Assembly: GCA_029762535.1 (NCBI GenBank)
Contig: JARVGK010000030.1
Span: 1-38,475, forward strand
Source of the DNA: Thermoplasmatota archaeon
GTDB taxonomy: Archaea; Thermoplasmatota; Penumbrarchaeia; Penumbrarchaeales; Penumbrarchaeaceae
Reading direction: 5' to 3'
Length of the DNA: 38,475 nt
Part shown: in pieces, positions 35,201 to 38,475 of the stretch
Layout: each line of letters opens with the position of its first letter
Position numbering within the stretch: the first letter of the stretch is position 1
The notes under the pieces: generated by a model
What the model saw: the letters and a program-made list of their open reading frames with translations, nothing else
The model's database searches: none
Told to the model about the DNA's origin: nothing
Program-made: the position numbers and the translations under genes

Positions 35201-35832
35201 CGGACGGCGACGGCATGCCTGACGGCTGGGAGGTATGGGTCACCGACTTCATAGGTAACGAATCGAAGGTCAATGCCTTTGAGGACAACGACTCTTTACC
35301 CAAGGGTTGGGAGGACCTTTTCAACGGAAGCGCGTGGGAGCGTCCGGAGTGCTACATTTACGAGGCGAAGGACAACGAGACGGTCTGGGACCCGTGGGCC
35401 AATTCCATCACTGTGAACAGAAGGACGTTCCGCCCCGCAGGGCTTGTCGCGAGCCCCGATTTCTACAAGGGGCGTCTGTACTCCGACCGGAAGGACACCA
35501 ACCGCAACGGTGTCGATGACGGCGATGAGGACGACGACAACGACAATTACAATAACTACATCGAATACAAGGCGCATACGGACCCCACGGACAGGGAATC
35601 CTATCCCACCAAGGCGAACATACCCGCACTGAGAGAGGGCCCACCGCGAGCCATCGAGATCGACATGGGAGCCCAGCCCGAAGGAGGCGAGGAGATCCCC
35701 ATCGTCGAATGGCTCGGATCCCTCGATCCGGTGAGAGCCGCCGAGGAATACCTCTCCCTCGTTGAGATGCGGGTCATAGACCCGGCCCAGAGGGGCGCCC
35801 TCACCGATATGAAGATAGAGGGCGACGAGTGA
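32215..35832 (+). CDS. Membrane-anchored protein with >20 TSP3-like DxDGDG Ca-binding repeats
   Basis: N-terminal TM; repeated T.P...DTDGDG(M/L).DGWE units over about 1100 aa. Confidence 0.85.
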   Translation: MVSLAFLENLKKEQTLIVVGAMVLATVMGALLLWFFTADDITAIEEESTWQTAQRDPFGVEKADSDVVTIGDVTIPWPDKLSDIEENYIWGTDYRHPDTDRDGMEDGWEALYARPNPITGRLTIDPNVWDPYENPDGDGFDLNGNGVIDKHEALFNLREYVGGVEWDWVKGHFTDNDTVFGGLNPEFNWQEIGMRGGFHLYDDPLDGIFGDRTNPDDDLFDDYLRYNPYLPDIFKPVTTNPSLWDTDGDGIDDGWELHYARIFDTEYFDEGETRVYQGSVNTFLEAIIEGPLYYIEVDGKEVEFKPGMISPLNPADARYDMDVRFGYTVSNGVKTEVMIYARDDLNNLEEYENQTSPLLWDTDGDSYYNAIKGTFYNLNDFIEVNIEYTQSAVDWSNDGLLNFKTCPFKADTDGDGMPDGWELSSNLDPLNSSDRFKDLDGDGLPNYLEMAFPNRENMWFQTDPLNPDTDGDGMLDGWEAYNAMIISRSPALNLKEDLEDKIIDGFKTIYTVSPMIADGEEDNDGTWNITDTGEVIYVRTPDGLTNYEEFIGTTQYPVSTNPNYPDTDGDGLFDGVELKVGFVGELIGGIYYTNPDIAGTYYTNATLADSDNDWGGSEIIGQRGNTSRRLDDWEETNGITKYVLPPNGFDDDGDGVIDNEGEKLVFSPTNATNPDSDLDGWLDVDELFGIDTTLLWSESPLGIVRTDPNKWDTDNDMMSDYDELIYIPNYRPWITDPNNPDTDGDGMEDGLENTVDFFPLIDWNKNDNYDANGDGDYDDEGDIFSTVDRTNPTMWDTDQDSLPDGWEYRMGKCIKNEKNKRMIQEYDKIYRTNYWNELLEGQFFWIINPLIASDVFDDPDRDGLNNRQEYENGTDPLNPDTDGDGMPDGWELDSKNRGPPIYHPQKRKYVYHLNPLSPPNEPDWCLDADHDGFIYSIWTPRDITKSSFDLVFYYFPFINLYEYQYGIDLDGDGINDITTSPAPRLPESGMMGGYDTDGDGMPDGWEVWVTDFIGNESKVNAFEDNDSLPKGWEDLFNGSAWERPECYIYEAKDNETVWDPWANSITVNRRTFRPAGLVASPDFYKGRLYSDRKDTNRNGVDDGDEDDDNDNYNNYIEYKAHTDPTDRESYPTKANIPALREGPPRAIEIDMGAQPEGGEEIPIVEWLGSLDPVRAAEEYLSLVEMRVIDPAQRGALTDMKIEGDE

Positions 35833-35846
35833 TAGATGTTTGAAGC

Positions 35847-35884
35847 AGGGGTCGGGGGAAGATCCCCCGATCCCCTTTTTTTTT
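35847..35884 (+). terminator. Hairpin + U-tract terminator
   Basis: AGGGG-TCGGGGGA-aga-TCCCCCGA-T-CCCCT followed by a 9-T run, 15 nt after the stop. Confidence 0.8.
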
Positions 35885-35931
35885 ATTAAGGGAGCGTTAG
35901 CTTTAAATGAGCTCGAGTCCATAATGATAAC

Positions 35932-37254
35932 ATGAGGATTGTAGGTAAGGAATTTCGAGTTCTGTACGCCATATTCGAATATAGCAGGGAAGGAGAACTG
36001 GACATCAAGAAGAACGAGCGAGAACTGAGCGATCATCTCGATGTCTCCCCATCCAGATTAAGGGCTTATCTGGGCTCCCTGAGGAGGAAGGATCTCATAT
36101 CCTCGATAGGGAAAGATTTATTCTTGACGGAGCGAGGACTGAAAACGGCTCAGGATATGAAAGGATCTTTCGAAAAAATATACGTTGACCCGATAAAGCA
36201 TTCGCTCCCCGGGCCCGTAACCGTAAGCCATCTGATCTCGGGATTGAAGAGGCCGGGTGAGAGGGTGGCTCTCCTGGAGGTGCTCTCGAAGAATCCCGAT
36301 GCCGACATCTCTTTATTTCTTGACATCTGCCGGCGAGGATCCATCGAGGAAATGAAGTGGGTAACGGAGGAGAAGTTCAGGGCATTGGATATCATCGACA
36401 CCTCTTCGATCTACGATTCCATAATGAGCAGGACCTTTTACGGGATGAGAAGAGCATCATATGATGACAGGAATGAGAATCCGTTATTCATAGCGGAGGT
36501 ATGTTTCGAGATGGGCAAGATAGATAAGGCCCGGGAGAACTATCTGAGGGTTCTCGGATCGGGAAATGAGAGCAGGAGCGAGAGGATACTCGTATCGATA
36601 GGCCTTGCGAAGATCCAATACCAGATGGGGGATCCTGCCACTGCCATGGGGATGATCATCGATCTCAAGGACCCGGCCAACAACAGGTTACAGAACGCCT
36701 ACATTGACATGAGCTACGCCTCCGTTCTAATGGGAACCAAGGATGTCGAAAAGGGGAGGAGTATCATGAAGAGATGCTCCAGCATATTCAACAGGTCAGG
36801 TCACAGTGTCCTTGAGGCGAGATGCGAGGCGTTCCTCGGTGTCCATTATTTCATGAACGACATGATAGCTCCTGCAAAGCATCATCTGGAGAGGGCCTTG
36901 AACGCATGCAGGGACACCGGATGCGAATACATGGCGAATTACGTGAAATTGAACCTGTGGGATGTTTTGTTGAAGGAAGGAGACCTCGACGGAGCTGAAA
37001 GGATGCTCTCATCGGCCGAGGATTATTTCAAGGAACTGTCCGTGGATCTATACGGTATCGCCGGATGTCTTTTCAACAGAGCACTTCTGCAGATCGAGAT
37101 GGGAATGGATATAGAGGCCATTGTATCAATGGACAAAGCGCTGAACATCGCATATCCTCACCCATCTGCGAATCTGAGAAGAATATGGATAGCCGAGTTC
37201 AACAGAAGGTCCAAGGATAAAGGATCGCCGATCGTATTCGGCAAGGATCCATAA
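35932..37254 (+). CDS. Winged-HTH + TPR-repeat protein (putative regulator)
   Basis: ELSDHLDVSPSRL..YL..L...DLI......LTERG (wHTH); C-terminal helical TPR-like repeats. Confidence 0.75.
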   Translation: MRIVGKEFRVLYAIFEYSREGELDIKKNERELSDHLDVSPSRLRAYLGSLRRKDLISSIGKDLFLTERGLKTAQDMKGSFEKIYVDPIKHSLPGPVTVSHLISGLKRPGERVALLEVLSKNPDADISLFLDICRRGSIEEMKWVTEEKFRALDIIDTSSIYDSIMSRTFYGMRRASYDDRNENPLFIAEVCFEMGKIDKARENYLRVLGSGNESRSERILVSIGLAKIQYQMGDPATAMGMIIDLKDPANNRLQNAYIDMSYASVLMGTKDVEKGRSIMKRCSSIFNRSGHSVLEARCEAFLGVHYFMNDMIAPAKHHLERALNACRDTGCEYMANYVKLNLWDVLLKEGDLDGAERMLSSAEDYFKELSVDLYGIAGCLFNRALLQIEMGMDIEAIVSMDKALNIAYPHPSANLRRIWIAEFNRRSKDKGSPIVFGKDP

Positions 37255-37343
37255 ATGGCGTAACAGTTAAGTTTAAATAGGGATGGGATCCGACCGAGCA
37301 AACAGGGCAAGTATAATATCCCCCTCCCGGCAAATGCGGGTCG

Positions 37344-38042
37344 ATGAATGAAAAGAGCCTCCCGATAGCAATGATCTTCCTTTCTTTTCTGATCGCAGGG
37401 ACGATCCTTCTGATGCAAGGGGTTTATGCAATAGAGGAGATCCAGGACTGCGCTGTAATCATCGTCTCTTCATACGATCCGGATAATAACGAGCACGAGA
37501 AGGCCGAGCGTTACTATTCCTATCTTATCGATCAGGGACTCGATGAGGACCGCGTCATATTCCTCTCTTTCAACGTGTCGGGGATCGGAGTTGACGGATA
37601 TTCGAATATCTCCGGTATCGGATCCGCTTTTTCGGAGATCGAGATGCTTTGCACCTCATGCGATCGTTTATCTGTCTATATATCCGACCATGTCCCTCCT
37701 CCGATGTCGAATTCCTCCCATTTCGTCTTCATTGACGGCAATATAACCTTCAGCGATATGGATGATGTGATGGGCTCCATCGAATCGTCTCATACCGATA
37801 TCTACGTCGGCGGGATCCATTCCGGCCGTTCCGGCAATCATCTGAGAGGCGGGGATCGCACCGTCATCTGTTCGATGAAAGGGTATCAGGATATAGATCC
37901 CGACCAATTCGCTCTCGTAAGGGGTCTGGAGGATCCCACCTCGGATACGAACAACGACGGCAAGGTCAGCTTTGTGGAAGCATACTGGAAAGAAGTGGAG
38001 AACCTATCGGGAACGGGACAGGATCCCGTTCTATTAATATGA
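37344..38042 (+). CDS. Secreted caspase/legumain-fold (clan CD) protein, catalytic Cys apparently absent
   Basis: Signal peptide; Y..L...G.....I.FL; LSVYISDH; GGIHSG where xxCxSG is expected; D.N.DG.VS..EA...Q.P C-terminal motif. Confidence 0.65.
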   Translation: MNEKSLPIAMIFLSFLIAGTILLMQGVYAIEEIQDCAVIIVSSYDPDNNEHEKAERYYSYLIDQGLDEDRVIFLSFNVSGIGVDGYSNISGIGSAFSEIEMLCTSCDRLSVYISDHVPPPMSNSSHFVFIDGNITFSDMDDVMGSIESSHTDIYVGGIHSGRSGNHLRGGDRTVICSMKGYQDIDPDQFALVRGLEDPTSDTNNDGKVSFVEAYWKEVENLSGTGQDPVLLI

Positions 38043-38090
38043 CGGTCCGTGGAAATCATTCGTGGATATGGGAAAAAAGAGGTGAAAAAA

Positions 38091-38475
38091 ATGGATATGA
38101 TGAGAAAAAAGAATGATTTGACAAAGGCCGGAATATTATATATAATGATAGTGACCATTATTGTCTTGATGCCAATGGTCACAGCGGCACATGATCGAGA
38201 AAAGAGGGTCTCCCCGGCGTATGACCCAGGCAGCGGATTAAAGTACATCTATCCCGCCGTTGATGCCAACGATGACATTGCCGTTGTTGCATATTGTGAA
38301 GAGAACACGAATACCGGCGAGTCGAAGTTGTATATCCTCGCATCTTACGATGAGGGTGAAACCTTTGGAACTCGCCTCCGGGTAAGCCCAGGAGTATCCG
38401 GTAGACCCCAGTATCATCCCGATGTTGCGGTAGTGAAGATGGAGGTCGAGGACGGTGTCATAGATGTGATCTATG
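38091..38475 (+). CDS. Secreted Asp-box/BNR (sialidase-like beta-propeller) protein, 3'-truncated by window edge
   Basis: Manual translation: MDMMRKKNDLTKAGILYIMIVTIIVLMPMVTAA...LYILASYDEGETFG...QYHPDVAV. Signal peptide, SxDxGxTF Asp-box, GAGGTG SD. Confidence 0.75.
   Translation, partial: MDMMRKKNDLTKAGILYIMIVTIIVLMPMVTAAHDREKRVSPAYDPGSGLKYIYPAVDANDDIAVVAYCEENTNTGESKLYILASYDEGETFGTRLRVSPGVSGRPQYHPDVAVVKMEVEDGVIDVIY

Noticed and set aside
8599-35832. Many long antisense or alternate-frame ORFs over r-protein and surface-protein genes
   Set aside because: Expected shadows of GC-rich, codon-biased genes; none shows a recognisable motif.
32215-35832. CRISPR-like array suggested by recurring ~30-bp repeats
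   Set aside because: The repeats are in-frame coding units with irregular, long spacing, and no cas genes are present.
37283-37351. Tiny ORF after the wHTH-TPR gene as a possible signalling peptide
   Set aside because: No SD, no hydrophobic signal-like sequence, and it overlaps the promoter and start of the next gene.

Overview
Archaeal genomic window, most consistent with Thermoplasmatota (archaeal r-protein gene order including SUI1 and Rpp29, extended uS19, long SecY, many DxDGDG Ca-binding surface proteins). The taxon call is inference. The core (8.6-22.8 kb) is the large ribosomal-protein operon: uL3-uL4-uL23-uL2-uS19-uL22-uS3-uL29-aIF1/SUI1-Rpp29-uS17-uL14-uL24-eS4-uL5-uS14-uS8-uL6-eL32-eL19-uL18-uS5-uL30-uL15-secY. 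It is preceded by a ~200-nt, highly base-paired 5' leader. Left of it lie pheT, a GT4 glycosyltransferase, a Dps-like protein, a LEA/PKD protein, a DUF1858 protein and an archaeal ATPase/DUF234 gene. Right of it lie asnS, several large membrane-anchored or secreted proteins, a wHTH-TPR protein, a secreted caspase-fold protein lacking the catalytic Cys, and a truncated Asp-box protein. The most unusual part is 1-2.5 kb. The 3' end of a group II intron (maturase X domain, missed by the ORF track, plus RNA domains V and VI) abuts a ~150-nt element rich in GNA-loop DNA hairpins. That element is joined to an AT-rich module (start-less Zn-metalloprotease C-terminus plus lipoprotein), followed by a second hairpin, a small PD-(D/E)xK-like gene and another ~370-nt structured non-coding region. 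All family assignments are from motif recognition by eye; no searches were run.
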